Below, in pieces: positions 10,289 to 21,223 of a stretch of DNA of 64,000 bases. The stretch is taken from assembly GCA_963769425.1 (NCBI GenBank), contig CAVYLP010000004.1:32001-96000 (forward strand), in the 5' to 3' direction. The DNA is from Candidatus Bathyarchaeota archaeon (GTDB lineage Archaea; Thermoproteota; Bathyarchaeia; TCS64). The position numbers and the translations under genes were made by a program. Within the stretch, counting starts at the first letter, position 1, and each line of letters opens with the position of its first letter. The notes beneath the pieces are model-generated. The model was not told where the DNA came from, did not search any database, and was given only the letters and a program-made list of their open reading frames with translations.

Positions 10289-11772
10289 CTAAGGTAGGGC
10301 ATTCGCCTCCGCTATCCGTCTGAAGACTGTGGCTGACGCCTTCGGCGTCCGCCTCTTCGAGGCGGGATCGACCGAGTAGAGCCCAAACTTGACCTTGTAC
10401 CCGCTCGACCACTCGAGGTTGTCGATGAGGCTCCAGTGGTAGTAGCCGCGCACTGGGACGCCGTCGAGCTCCACCGCCCTCTGGATAGCGTCGAGGTGCC
10501 CGACCAGGTATCTCTCCCTCATCGAGTCGGAGGCGTCCGCTATCCCGTTCTCCGTAACGTAGATCGGCCTCCTGTACCTGCTGTACGCCCAGTCGAGGAC
10601 CCAGCGCAGCCCCTCCGGGTAGGTGTCGAAGCCTATGTCGCTCGGGTCCACGGCGGGTGCGAAGCCGTAGTCGAGGCGCGGGTCGCCCCCCTTCGGGACG
10701 TGCTTCACAAGCCTCCTCATGTAGTAGTTGACCCCAATCCAGTCACACCCCTTGACTAGGTGGGGGAGCATCTCGTCCCCCTCCACGAGGCCGTCCGCGT
10801 CCATGTCATAGTCACCCCGGAAGACGGCGTTCAAGCTCCACTCGTTGAAGAGGTAGTCGTTGAAGGCAGTAGCCCTGACGTCCGCGTCACTCGCCGGATC
10901 GGCGGGCTCGTGGTAGTGGAGAACCGCGACGATCCCCACGCTAGCGGGTCCAAGTGGACCCGCCGAGGTGGTGTCCCACCTCTTCACCTGCTCGTACGCC
11001 AGCCCGTGCGACATCGAGAGGTGCCTCATCGCCGCCATGAAGGTGCCGAAGTCGTTCAGCCCCGGCGGGAACTCTCCCCCGTCGAGGAAGCCGTGATCTG
11101 AGACTATCTTCACCTCGTTTATCGTCCCCCAGAGGTCGACGAGGTCCCCGAAGGCGTAGGCCGCATAGGCGCAGTACTTCGCGAACTCGATGAGCGTCCC
11201 CTCGTCGAGCCAGCCTCGCTTCCCGACCGGCGCGGCTCCGTCGCGGGTCGCTATCGGGTCATGCAACCACAGGGGTATAGGCCAGTGGTAGAGTGTGACC
11301 ATCGGCTCCATGCCTCGGGCCCTGCACTCGGCGAGGATGCTCCGGTACCTCCTCACGGCTGCCTTATCCGCGAGGCGTGTAGGCTCTTCATGGCCCTGTC
11401 ATCCACCCTGACTTTCTCGACGTTCCCGAACCTGTCCCTGTACACCTCCACCGGGACGTCCCCTGTCGAGCCGGGGAAGATTCTCGCCCAGTCGAGGCTC
11501 ATCCTGAAGGAGTTGCACCCGAGCCCCCGGGCGAGTCCGAGGTCACGCTTGTAGAGTTCCCAGAACCCCGGCCCCTCCTCGGGGACGTCGCCGCTGACCC
11601 AGCCCCTCCTCTTATTCTCCGCGTCGTGGACCCAGGCCCACCAGTCCGAACCCTCCGCGTCGTCGCCCCTCCCCATCTCCACCTGGAACGAGGAGGTCGC
11701 CACGCCCCACAGGAACCCCTCAGGGAAAGCGCCGCCCAAAACACATCGATCAACGCTTACCCGAGGCCCCAT
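10289..11772 (-). CDS. Glycoside hydrolase family 1 beta-glycosidase (frameshift near 11360)
   Basis: FPEGFLWGVATSSFQVEMG in 5' piece; TLYHW, TINE, VTENG, WSLIDNLEW in 3' piece; start uncertain. Confidence 0.9.
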
Positions 11773-11840
11773 ATAACACCTGAGTCCAACCCCACAGGCT
11801 TTGATCAACGTTTTATTCACCTTGAACCCGTCCCTATACT

Positions 11841-12770
11841 ATGCCTGAATTCGGAGTCACCCATGAGTCCGCCGACCTGAAGCGTGTTCTCGTCCACCAC
11901 CCCGGGAGGGAGCTGGAGCTCGCTAACCGGGACCCAGTCGCCCACCACTTCGACTGCGCCGTGGACATAGAGCAGTTCCAGAGCGACCACCGGATGCTAA
12001 TGGACGCCCTGACGGAGGCTGGCGTAGAGGTCCTCGACGTCGGCACCCTCCTCGCCGACGACAAGCAGATGCAGGGACTCATCCAGCACGCCCCTAACCT
12101 CGTCTTCACCCGCGACTCGAGCACCGTCACCGAGGCGGGCGCCATACTCTTCCGCATGGGCCTCCCCAGTAGACGTGCCGAGACCCCCATAATTAGAGCC
12201 GCACACGAGGCTGCGGGTACCCCAATCGCCCACCAACTCAAGGAACCCGAGACCTTCGAGGGGGGAGGCTTCGCACTCCTCGAGGGCAAGGTGGCCGTCG
12301 CCGGCCTCTGCGACCGCGCCACACAGGGCGCACTTAACGACCTCGGCGACTTCCTCCTCAAGGAGCAGATAATCGACCAGTTCATCCAGCTCAACATGCC
12401 AAAGGGATACGTCCACATAGACGGCGAGTTCGCCGAGCTACCCGGTAAACGAGCCATAGCCCACCGCAGCTCCCTCGAGGAGAACCCCGCCACGTTCCAC
12501 ACACGAACCGAGGCTTGGGACGGCAGCTTCCTAGAGTGGCTCGTAGACGACGACTACGACATCATAGAGATCACGGATCAGGAGTGCAACGACATGGCCG
12601 CCAACTTCCTAACCGTCCACAGCGACCTCTGCATCCACTACACGGGGAACCCGCGTGTCATGAAGGAGGTCAGGGACCGCGGCATCGAGGTCATTCAGAT
12701 ACCGGGGGACGAGATGCGCAGGGGCTGCGGCGGTATCCACTGCATGACCTGCCCAGTCCTAAGGATCTAA
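11841..12770 (+). CDS. Arginine deiminase/amidinotransferase (pentein) family enzyme
   Basis: NLVFTRD, HID, GGIHCMTCP catalytic Cys. Confidence 0.9.
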   Translation: MPEFGVTHESADLKRVLVHHPGRELELANRDPVAHHFDCAVDIEQFQSDHRMLMDALTEAGVEVLDVGTLLADDKQMQGLIQHAPNLVFTRDSSTVTEAGAILFRMGLPSRRAETPIIRAAHEAAGTPIAHQLKEPETFEGGGFALLEGKVAVAGLCDRATQGALNDLGDFLLKEQIIDQFIQLNMPKGYVHIDGEFAELPGKRAIAHRSSLEENPATFHTRTEAWDGSFLEWLVDDDYDIIEITDQECNDMAANFLTVHSDLCIHYTGNPRVMKEVRDRGIEVIQIPGDEMRRGCGGIHCMTCPVLRI

Positions 12771-12856
12771 CCCCTCCAAGCCGAACCCTAATCTGAATAG
12801 AACCGTCTTAATTTTCGATAATTCATTTCCCGAGGGGAAATACAAAATAATCTGTA

Positions 12857-12893
12857 AATAGTTTTATATAAAACAGTCTCAGGGTAAACTATT
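12857..12893. promoter_or_regulatory. Putative MarR operator overlapping TATA box
   Basis: Perfect palindrome GTTTTATATAAAAC (12861-12874) and inverted pair AATAGTTT/AAACTATT just upstream of marR. Confidence 0.6.
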
Positions 12894-12907
12894 CGCCGGC
12901 GTTAACC

Positions 12908-13354
12908 ATGAGCAGGACACAGGGAGGATACCTGATCTCGAAGATCCACCAGACCTCGGACAGGATATTCGCGAAGCTCCTCAAGGAGGCGGGGGTAGAG
13001 GAGATAAACCCCGCCCAGGGCAGGATACTCTTCGCCCTGTGGAAGAAGGACGACGTCCCAATCACGGAGCTCGCGAATGAGACCATGCTACACAAGTCCA
13101 CCCTAACGAAGATGCTCGACACTCTGGAGGAGACTGGCCACATAGCCAGAGAAGCGTCCCCAACGGATCGCAGAACGATCCACATCAAGCTAACCGAAAA
13201 GAACAGGCAACTGAGGAGAAGATACGACGAGGTCTCCGAGGAGATGAGGGAGATCTACTACAAGGGGTTCACGCAGCAAGAGGTTGAGCAGTTGGGTGGT
13301 CTCCTCACCCGGGTCCTGGGAAACCTCGTGGATTACACCGGCGAAGATGAATGA
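12908..13354 (+). CDS. MarR family regulator
   Basis: QGRILFAL..ELA..KSTLT..L..G.I.R..DRR..LT. Confidence 0.93.
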   Translation: MSRTQGGYLISKIHQTSDRIFAKLLKEAGVEEINPAQGRILFALWKKDDVPITELANETMLHKSTLTKMLDTLEETGHIAREASPTDRRTIHIKLTEKNRQLRRRYDEVSEEMREIYYKGFTQQEVEQLGGLLTRVLGNLVDYTGEDE

Positions 13355-13365
13355 GGTAAGGAAAA

Positions 13366-13983
13366 GTGGAGTTTTACGAAGCAGTCAGAAAGAGAAGAAC
13401 GGTCAGGGAGTTCGACGCAAGACCAGTGGAGACCGAGAAGATTCGGCGCGTCCTCGAGGCGGGGCTAAGGGCACCTGCTAACGCCCACCTAAAGGACTGG
13501 GAGTTCATACTCCTGCGCGACCCGGAGAACCGGAGGAGGGCACTGGTAGACGCCCTCAAGGCAAGGGACCTCAAGGACAAGAAAGGGGTAGAGGAGCTCA
13601 TCAAGACGATGCCTTACGAGGAGCTGAAGGAGGTCTACAGGAAGTCCCTCCCCATCCAGCTCACGATGATGCTCGAGGCACCAGAGCTACTTATAGTCTG
13701 CTACAAGATGAGGAAGCCCCTCGGGGAGGTAAAGTCCATGTTCGAGCTAAACAACCTGGCATCTGCCTGGTGTTGTGTCGAGAACATAGTCCTCGCGATG
13801 GCGGCCGAGGGCTTGTACGGGTGCACCTACTCCCCGTACAACACGGCGGGCCTGAAGGATTACCTTGGGCTACCGAAGGACATGGAGATCGCCGTACTGA
13901 TTCCGATCGGCTACCCTAAACATGAACCTGAGGAGAGGGAACCGGAGAACCTAGAAAAAAGACTTCACATCGACAAGTGGTGA
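13366..13983 (+). CDS. Nitroreductase family protein
   Basis: RRTVREF, APAN..W.F, LAMAAEGL, PIGYP. Confidence 0.92.
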   Translation: MEFYEAVRKRRTVREFDARPVETEKIRRVLEAGLRAPANAHLKDWEFILLRDPENRRRALVDALKARDLKDKKGVEELIKTMPYEELKEVYRKSLPIQLTMMLEAPELLIVCYKMRKPLGEVKSMFELNNLASAWCCVENIVLAMAAEGLYGCTYSPYNTAGLKDYLGLPKDMEIAVLIPIGYPKHEPEEREPENLEKRLHIDKW

Positions 13984-14017
13984 ATTATAGGGTTACATAA
14001 TGCTTTTTTCGATGTGC

Positions 14018-15661
14018 TTAATCGAATGGTATCGTCGCCCTTTTTGCTTTCCACCCCTGCGGCTTCGTCCCATCTATACCCATACCTCCGCCTCGGAGCA
14101 CCACGTCTTCCGCGGGCTGGAACCTCGTCGCGGTCCCCCAGACTACCTGCCTGAGGTCCCGGGCGTCGATGTCCCCGTCGACGCAGATGGTGAGCCCGGG
14201 GCCGTTGATAGACTCAGCGAGGGCCGCCTTCGCGTCCGAGCCCTCCGCCATCTTCAGTACGCGTAGGCGGGCGTCCCCCAATGGGTAAGTGACCTCCGCC
14301 ACGCCGAGGCGTTGCAGGCTCTCGTCGGCTTCGACTTCAGACATCTTCCGAGGTGGGCCAGTGGCGTCGACGATCGCCTTCGACGCGGTGCCGTCGGGTG
14401 ACGATGAGGGGTCGAGCCTGTGGCAGAAGACCCCCCTGAGCATCTCGACGCCAGACCCAAGCTCCATGTCGCACCTCTCGGCCATGGCCCCCAGCGAGGC
14501 GTTGAGGTCCCCGACGTCGACGTCCTCAGGGAGGAGCACGACGAGCTTCAGGTAAGGGTCGAGGCCGAGGATGAGGAGCCCGACCTGCTTCGCGTAGCCG
14601 GGGACGGCCCTCGCCGTCGCCTCCATGGAGACGAGGCAGACGTAGTGGGTCCCGGAGACGGGCCACGACATGTCGCGGACCGCGGGCATCGGGGTGAATG
14701 CACTCACCGCGCTGTAGATGCGCGCCTGCTTCGGCAGCCCGCTGAGGAGGAGGTGCTCGTCTGAGTTGCTCGGCATTATTGTCTGGTAGATGGCGTCGCG
14801 CCGCATTGTGACGCAGCCCACCTCGAAGACGTTCCTCGTGGAGCGCCCGCTCAGGTAGCCGGTGTACTCGGTGAAGGGGCCCTCGTCCTCCTCCTCGAGG
14901 GTTATCCTGCCCTCAAGCACCATCTCCGCGTCGGCGGGCACCGGGACATCAACTGATTCACCGGGGACGAGCCTCAGCGGCTCACCGATTAGCGAGCCCG
15001 CGACAGCATACTCGCCCGTTATCTTCGCTGCGGCGGCGAGGTAGAGCGCCGGGTGGGCGCCGATGATTACTGCCACGTCGAGGGGCCTCTCCGCTGCCTT
15101 TGCCTTCTCGAAGTAGCTCCAGAGGTTCCCCCTGCTGTGGAGGGTGGTCCCGATCTTCGACCCACCCTTGAGCTGCATCCTCGCGTAGCTCAGATTCACC
15201 ACCTCCGGATTCGCCGGGTCCCTCGCGGCGACGAGCCCGCTGGTGATGTACCTCCCCGCGTCCTGCTCGTAGAACCTCAGGATCGGCAGCTTGGTTAGGT
15301 CGATTTCGTCGCCCCTGAGCTTTACCTCCTTCACTGGGCCACTGGGGACGGTCACTGGCTCGATGTTCTGGGCCATAAGTGCGCCCCACTCCCGGTACAT
15401 GTCGGGGCGGGTGGCCACGGGGTGCGACGCCCCCTCAAGCGCCAGCTTGATCCTGTCGACGTGGCCGAAGAGGTTCACGAGCACGGGCTCCCTGAAGCCT
15501 CTTACATTCTCAAAAAGGAGGGCGGGGTTACCGGGGGTGTGGGCGGCCTCCTCCACCCTCCTCGTGACGTCGTACTCGTGGCTCACGGGCTCCGAGACCC
15601 TCACGAGCTGGCCGGGGAGCTCACGCTCAACCCTCTCCAAGTAGGTCCTGAGGTCGCGCAT
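14018..15661 (-). CDS. UbiD family (prFMN-dependent) decarboxylase
   Basis: PALLFENV, DAGRYIT, VPADAEMVLEG, EGPFTEYTGY, VVWGTATRFQP. Confidence 0.92.
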   Translation of the reverse strand: MRDLRTYLERVERELPGQLVRVSEPVSHEYDVTRRVEEAAHTPGNPALLFENVRGFREPVLVNLFGHVDRIKLALEGASHPVATRPDMYREWGALMAQNIEPVTVPSGPVKEVKLRGDEIDLTKLPILRFYEQDAGRYITSGLVAARDPANPEVVNLSYARMQLKGGSKIGTTLHSRGNLWSYFEKAKAAERPLDVAVIIGAHPALYLAAAAKITGEYAVAGSLIGEPLRLVPGESVDVPVPADAEMVLEGRITLEEEDEGPFTEYTGYLSGRSTRNVFEVGCVTMRRDAIYQTIMPSNSDEHLLLSGLPKQARIYSAVSAFTPMPAVRDMSWPVSGTHYVCLVSMEATARAVPGYAKQVGLLILGLDPYLKLVVLLPEDVDVGDLNASLGAMAERCDMELGSGVEMLRGVFCHRLDPSSSPDGTASKAIVDATGPPRKMSEVEADESLQRLGVAEVTYPLGDARLRVLKMAEGSDAKAALAESINGPGLTICVDGDIDARDLRQVVWGTATRFQPAEDVVLRGGGMGIDGTKPQGWKAKRATIPFD

Positions 15662-15700
15662 GGGTAGAGGTGGGTCAAACCCGATAAAAGGCCGTCGAGG

Positions 15701-17402
15701 CTACTTGAAGAGCTCGGGCTGGAACTCCTTGAACCCCTCGGGGAAGTCCCACGGGTCGACGACGAACTCGACCATCGCGGGGACTCCGAGTTCGTTCTCC
15801 TTCTTCGCCCTCCTGAGTGCCTTCTTCACGTCATTCGGGTCGGTCACCCGGACGCCGTAGCACCCCGAGGCCTGGGCTATCTTCACGAAGTCGGGCTGAG
15901 CCTCGAAGTCGACTGCTATGTACCTCTCCCTGTTCGCCCTCTCGTGGAGCTTTATCCACCCGAGGCTGTAGTTGTTGAGGACCACCCACGTGACGGGGGC
16001 CTTGTGCTGAACCGCGGTTGGCATCTCCTTCATGAACATCTGGAAGGCGCCGTCCCCAGTCGTGCAGACGACGGGCCTCTCGGGGGCCGCCAGCTTCGCA
16101 CCTATGCACCCCGCGACGGCGAGTCCCATGCAGGTCTGCTCCGCCGGTGCCACGCAGCCGTCAAGGGCCCCCACCGCCCAGTATGGCCAGTAGTAGCTCC
16201 ATAGGTCTTGGCTGCCGTTCTCGTTCACTAGCACCGTCTTCGGCCCGAAGACGCGACACGCCTCGTAGATGGCCCTCTTCGTCTTGATGGGCTTCGAGGC
16301 GTCGCCGCACTCGGCGTAGACCTCGGCCATGTAGGCGGCCGTCGCCTCGACTATGCCCTTGACGCGTGGCATCTTAGAGAGGGGTGTCTTCTTCAATCCG
16401 CCCGCGGCAGTAGGTGAGCAGGTCCCGAAGGAAGAGCTTCGCGTCCCCCACGACGGGCACGGCCGGCTGGAAGTTACGCCCAAGCTCCGAGGGGTCTATG
16501 TCCACCTGGATCAGTGCGGCGCCCTCCGGGTAGTACCGCCACGCGGCTGTCTGGAACTCCTCGTTCCTGCTCCCCAGCGAGATGACGAGGTCCGCGGACT
16601 GGTATGCATCCCGCCCTAGCCTCGTCCTGTAGAGGCCGACTTGCCCAAGGGACAGCGGGTGGGTCTCGGGGATGACCCCCCGGCCGCTCGGCGTCGTCAA
16701 CACCGGCGCCCCGAAGAGCTCAGCCAGCTTCACCAGTTCAGTCGAGCAGCCGCTGTAGAGTGCGCCGCCCCCGGCGACTATCACCGGTTTCTTCGCCACG
16801 AGGAGGAGCTCGGCGGCCCTCTTCACGGCATCGGGGTCGGGTCTCGCCCTAATGAAGGGTATCGACGGGTGATATTGGGTATCCTTCACCTTCTCCTGTC
16901 CCACGTCGAAGGGGACCTCGAGGTAGACGGGGCCGGGTTTGCCGTTGACGGTAAGGGTGAGGGCCCGGCTCAGCGCCCAGTTGGCGCGGTCCCCCCGGGG
17001 CACCCTGAAGCCCCACTTCGTTATAGGCCTGAAGAGCTCCATCTGCGGCGCCTCCTGGAACGCTCCCTCCCCCTCGTGTTCGAGGGGCGCGGAGCCGCCG
17101 AGCGCTAGCATGGGGACGCACCCACTCCACGCCTCGAGTACGCCGGGGACGAGGTTGGACACGCCGGGGCCGGGGCTGGCGAAGCAGACGCCCGGGCTTC
17201 TCTTCATCTTCCCGTAGGCGTACGCCATGAATGAGCCGGAGGCCTCATGCCTCACCAGCACGGGCTCGATGTCGGAGTCGTAGAGCGAGTCGTAGAGCGC
17301 GGCGGGGTGGCCGGGGAGGCCGAAGACGTGGCCGACCCCCTCCACCTTTAACCCGCCGACTATCACATCCCAAACGCGTTTACCGGCCAAAAGGGGCACC
17401 AA
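15701..17402 (-). CDS. TPP-binding acetolactate-synthase-like enzyme (frameshift near 16380)
   Basis: FGLPG, VRHE, GPG, GAFQE, PGPVYLEVP in 5' piece; GDGAFQM...NN in 3' piece. Confidence 0.9.
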
Positions 17403-17451
17403 GGAAGTATCCCTCTGATGGCTTGATAAATCCTAGGCTCATATCGGGGCT

Positions 17452-17976
17452 TTGAAAAGTGATATCTCCCGAGTGACCCATTCAACTCCCGGGGATGCTG
17501 AGACGAACATCACGGTCTACGAGGACGACTACTTCATCGTCTTGAGCCCCGACCACCCACTTAACTGCAGGGAGGACGGGGGCCACCTGATGATGGTGAA
17601 GAAGGCGGAGGTCACCGACCGATCCGACATGACGGCGGAGGAGGCCATCGACTTCATGCGCGTATCTATGATTGTGGGCAAGGCGATGTACCAAACTCTG
17701 GGAGTCGAGAGGGTAAACTACGAAGACCTCGCCAACTGGGGGCTCGACAACCCCGGCGGACCCAAGATGCACCTCCACTTCTTCGGCAGGGCTAGGAGAC
17801 AGATCCACCAGATCAGGGGGCAGCACATCTCACTCTTCCCGAAGGGGCACCCTATCTACGACGGCCACCTCAAACCATTCACGGAGGAGGAGACACGGAT
17901 TCTCCGCGAGAAGATCGATGAGATCTCCCACGAGGAGAAGTATGTGAAGATGGCCGAGTTAGCGGGTCTGAATTAA
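17452..17976 (+). CDS. HIT-family protein
   Basis: GGHL, VNYEDLAN..HLHFFGR histidine-triad variant. Confidence 0.75.
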   Translation: MKSDISRVTHSTPGDAETNITVYEDDYFIVLSPDHPLNCREDGGHLMMVKKAEVTDRSDMTAEEAIDFMRVSMIVGKAMYQTLGVERVNYEDLANWGLDNPGGPKMHLHFFGRARRQIHQIRGQHISLFPKGHPIYDGHLKPFTEEETRILREKIDEISHEEKYVKMAELAGLN

Positions 17977-17987
17977 AAGAGAGTTAT

Positions 17988-18932
17988 TTAGAGAGAGTCG
18001 GGCTGCTTGAGGGATGACTTAGGGGCCTCGTCCTCGTCATCATCTCTCTCAGCCTTCCCTCCGTAGATAAACTGGAGGTCGTCGAAGCTGAGCTTCTCAC
18101 CCGCCGCCATCTTACGCTGGGCCTCCTGGCGAAGCGCCTCGACGCGGGCGTTGACCTTCGCCATTTTGTCCCTCTCGACCTTGAGATCGTCGGCTCGCAG
18201 GCCATCCCGGATGCCGCGTACCTGGAGGCTTATGTCGTCGAGCTCCTGCTCGACCTTCTTAACCTCCCCGAGGTACTCGACAAACTTGGCGTGCGCCTGG
18301 TTCGCCTTCTCCCTCTCCTCGTCCGCCTTCCGGTGGAGTAGGAGCATCGACTCGTGGTGCTTCTGGCTCTCCTCGCGGAACGTGTTCATCTCGTCGCGTA
18401 TCTGGCGGATGTTCATCTCCGTGGCCTTGGCCTCGGCGGTTGCCTCCATAGTGGCCTCGGTCCGTTTTGGCGGCTTCTTGAATGTGCTTAGTCTGCGCCT
18501 CAGGGAATTGGCACGCTCGACGAGTTCAAGTTCTCTTTCTCTGTCCAAGAGTTCGCGCGTCGGGGTCGTCATGACCTCCCACTCAACAGTGTTCAGGTCG
18601 CGCTCCACCCGCTTCTTCTTCGGGAGTTCCCTGTAGCCCTGCTGGACCTGTTGTTCGATGCCTGCGAGTTTCTTCCGCTTCTCGTCGAGTTGATCGTAGA
18701 GGGGCTGGAGCCTATTCTTCACCTCGGCGACTTGGGCGTTGATCTTGTCCCGCTCCTCCTTGTGTTTAATAGCCTCTTCCCGTATCTTCCGGGCGGACTC
18801 GTTTATCCTGTCACGCTCGTCGCGCCAGCGATTGACGTGTTCGAATAATTCGCTCCTTTTTCTTCGGAGATCGGAAGCCATTGTTTCAAGCTGGTCGAGC
18901 TTGAGGTCGTTGCCAGACATCAGCAAATACAC
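17988..18932 (-). CDS. Archaeal coiled-coil protein (COG1340-like)
   Basis: Charged heptads, RDxIN repeats, LNTVEWEVMTT, C-terminal GEKLSFDDL. Confidence 0.8.
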   Translation of the reverse strand: MYLLMSGNDLKLDQLETMASDLRRKRSELFEHVNRWRDERDRINESARKIREEAIKHKEERDKINAQVAEVKNRLQPLYDQLDEKRKKLAGIEQQVQQGYRELPKKKRVERDLNTVEWEVMTTPTRELLDRERELELVERANSLRRRLSTFKKPPKRTEATMEATAEAKATEMNIRQIRDEMNTFREESQKHHESMLLLHRKADEEREKANQAHAKFVEYLGEVKKVEQELDDISLQVRGIRDGLRADDLKVERDKMAKVNARVEALRQEAQRKMAAGEKLSFDDLQFIYGGKAERDDDEDEAPKSSLKQPDSL

Positions 18933-19138
18933 CGTTTAGGGGTCTCAGACCTACGCCTACTATTCACCTCGCCTCTTATTCAAAAAGGAATCGGCCCCAC
19001 CTCACAGCTCACTTAATAAAAACAGTCATTTCCTCCCCTTTTTAGGCCTAATCGGGAGCTAATTCCCGTTCTTAACAGTTAAATATTTATGTTAATTGAA
19101 GCTAAAACATTGGTTGCCTGTTTCTCAGGCTCGGGGAC

Positions 19139-20665
19139 TTGGAGGATATGGGTTCAACGATTGGGCTGCTTTCGTCGTTTGCTGCCCTCGCTTTCGGTCT
19201 CTTCTTCTTCATCTACGCGGCAAAATATTACGCATCTATCCTGATCGCACTCAGTGCAATGGGCGTGAGAGGCCTTAGAGACGAGGAGCCCCTAGGTGAG
19301 GGGGCAGAGGACTGGAGAGACATGCCTCTCGTCTCAATCCACCTCCCGTTCTATAACGAGGCCAACGTCGCCAAGAGGGTCATCCAGGCGTGCATCGACC
19401 AGGACTACCCGAACCTGGAGGTCCTCGTTGCGGATGATTCGAGGGACGAGACTGTTCGGATTCTCAAGGAGTCCGGTTGGAGGAGGCGGCGGCCAATTGT
19501 CAAGTTCATTCACAGGCGGGATCGCAGCGGCTTCAAGGGCGGCGCCCTAACCGAAGCCCTCCGCTACATGGACCCGAGAGCCGAGTTCGTCGTCGTCTTC
19601 GACGCCGACTTCATACCCCCTCCCGACACGGTGAGGCGGTTCCTGAACAGGTTCAAGGAGGAGGACCCACCTGCTGTTAAAACCGATTTTCTCCTCAACA
19701 CCCAGCCGCTCACAAATCCCCGAAAACCGATAGCCGCGGTCCAGGGCTACCAGCAACACTATCTTAACAAATCTGAGAACTGGGTCACGCGTGGCGTCAG
19801 AGCCGAGTTCTCGGGGAGCTACATGATCGAGAGGGTGGCCGAGGAGAGGCTCGGCGCCATGAAGATGGTCAGCGGGAGCGTTTTCATGCTCCGTGCCGAT
19901 GTCCTCAGGGAGCTTCGGTGGGGGAAGAGCATCACGGAGGACTGGGAGCTGACCCTCCGCCTCTACAAAGAGGGATACCGTGTGTCCTACACCCCCCTTA
20001 TACAAGCCCCCGCAGAGATGCCGACGACCGTGAGGGCGCTTACGAAGCAGAGGATGAGGTGGGCGGAGGGGCACACCCACGCCGTCCGCAGACACTTCAG
20101 GGGCATACTGGGCTCGACCAGGCTCAGTATTGCTGAAAAGCTCGAGTTCCTCTACTTCGCCCCCTACTATCTCCAGAGCCTCATGCTACTCGCTGGCTCA
20201 GCCTTCTGGCTTCTCGCCGAGGTCAACCACCGATACCCCTGGTTCTGGCAGCCAGCCTTCGGGTGGAGCCTCCTTTTGAGCAACTTGCTCGCCTCCCCCC
20301 TAATGTGCCTCGCGGGGCTCTGGCTCGAGGGGGATCTGCGAGCCGACTACGGAGGCGCCTTCAGTCTCGTAGCCCTCACCTACATCCTCGCCCCCTACCA
20401 GGGGTATGCGGCGCTCCGGGGACTTCTCGAGAAGGAGGAGGGGAACTGGATCAGGACGCTGAAGACGGGGAGTGTCACAGACAGGTTCCTGCACCTTAAG
20501 CTGAGGGGGATGATGAGGTGGCTGAGGATCGGGGGCGGTTTCAGCAGGTACAGGCCGAGGGTAGAACTACCAGTTGTAAACCTCCCGGTTAGGGGGATGC
20601 TGGCCGTGGCGTCGTTGGCCCTTCTAGTGCTCCCGCCGGTTGTAGCGTTGATGTTGGTGATCTAG
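19139..20665 (+). CDS. GT2 cellulose-synthase-like processive glycosyltransferase
   Basis: DDS, GFKGGAL, FDADF, TED, QRMRW (D,D,D,QxxRW) with multiple TMs. Confidence 0.92.
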   Translation: MEDMGSTIGLLSSFAALAFGLFFFIYAAKYYASILIALSAMGVRGLRDEEPLGEGAEDWRDMPLVSIHLPFYNEANVAKRVIQACIDQDYPNLEVLVADDSRDETVRILKESGWRRRRPIVKFIHRRDRSGFKGGALTEALRYMDPRAEFVVVFDADFIPPPDTVRRFLNRFKEEDPPAVKTDFLLNTQPLTNPRKPIAAVQGYQQHYLNKSENWVTRGVRAEFSGSYMIERVAEERLGAMKMVSGSVFMLRADVLRELRWGKSITEDWELTLRLYKEGYRVSYTPLIQAPAEMPTTVRALTKQRMRWAEGHTHAVRRHFRGILGSTRLSIAEKLEFLYFAPYYLQSLMLLAGSAFWLLAEVNHRYPWFWQPAFGWSLLLSNLLASPLMCLAGLWLEGDLRADYGGAFSLVALTYILAPYQGYAALRGLLEKEEGNWIRTLKTGSVTDRFLHLKLRGMMRWLRIGGGFSRYRPRVELPVVNLPVRGMLAVASLALLVLPPVVALMLVI

Positions 20666-20935
20666 ATGGCAAGATACTACTCGATTCAAGGGAACAACCT
20701 ATACATGTACACGACGATGGGGGATGACCTCATCGACCTCAACTCAATCCCCGAGGGGCTCGGGCTCTTCAGCGCCGAGGTCCCTTGGAGGCTGACGCCT
20801 TGGGCGGCGGTCACCGAGGAGGCCCCGGAGGAGGGGCTGAGGGTGGCAGAGATACTCCTCAAGGAGAAGGGGTTCGAGTGTTCAACCATCGACAGTGGGG
20901 ACGTTCGAGGATTACTTCCTAAGCGGCGATGCTAA
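20666..20935 (+). CDS. Hypothetical protein coupled to the GT2 gene
   Basis: ATG abuts the GT2 stop (TAGATG); host-like codons. Confidence 0.6.
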   Translation: MARYYSIQGNNLYMYTTMGDDLIDLNSIPEGLGLFSAEVPWRLTPWAAVTEEAPEEGLRVAEILLKEKGFECSTIDSGDVRGLLPKRRC

Positions 20936-20981
20936 TCTTCTCCCCTCACTTGAGTCGATTGTTGTGACGGAGGTCGTGCCG

Positions 20982-21101
20982 ATGCACCAGTGGGAACTCG
21001 ACCACAGGCCGAGTATCCAGGCGAAGCCTCGAATGCGTCATCCGTCCATGAGGAGGAGGGCTCCGAAGCCCATCCCCCTGCAGAGGACTTCCAAGGGCTG
21101 A
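20982..21101 (+). CDS. Possible 39-aa basic microprotein
   Basis: GGAGGT 7 nt before ATG; MHQWELDHRPSIQAKPRMRHPSMRRRAPKPIPLQRTSKG. Confidence 0.3.
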   Translation: MHQWELDHRPSIQAKPRMRHPSMRRRAPKPIPLQRTSKG

Positions 21102-21223
21102 TTTGGAAAGTGACATGGCAAAGAGGCCCTTTTTTTCACCAAGCCTCCCCACGCGATCTGTTGATCCCATTGGATGGAAAGAGTTGTAAATCGGGGCACA
21201 TAATTGAATGGGATTCCGCCTTG

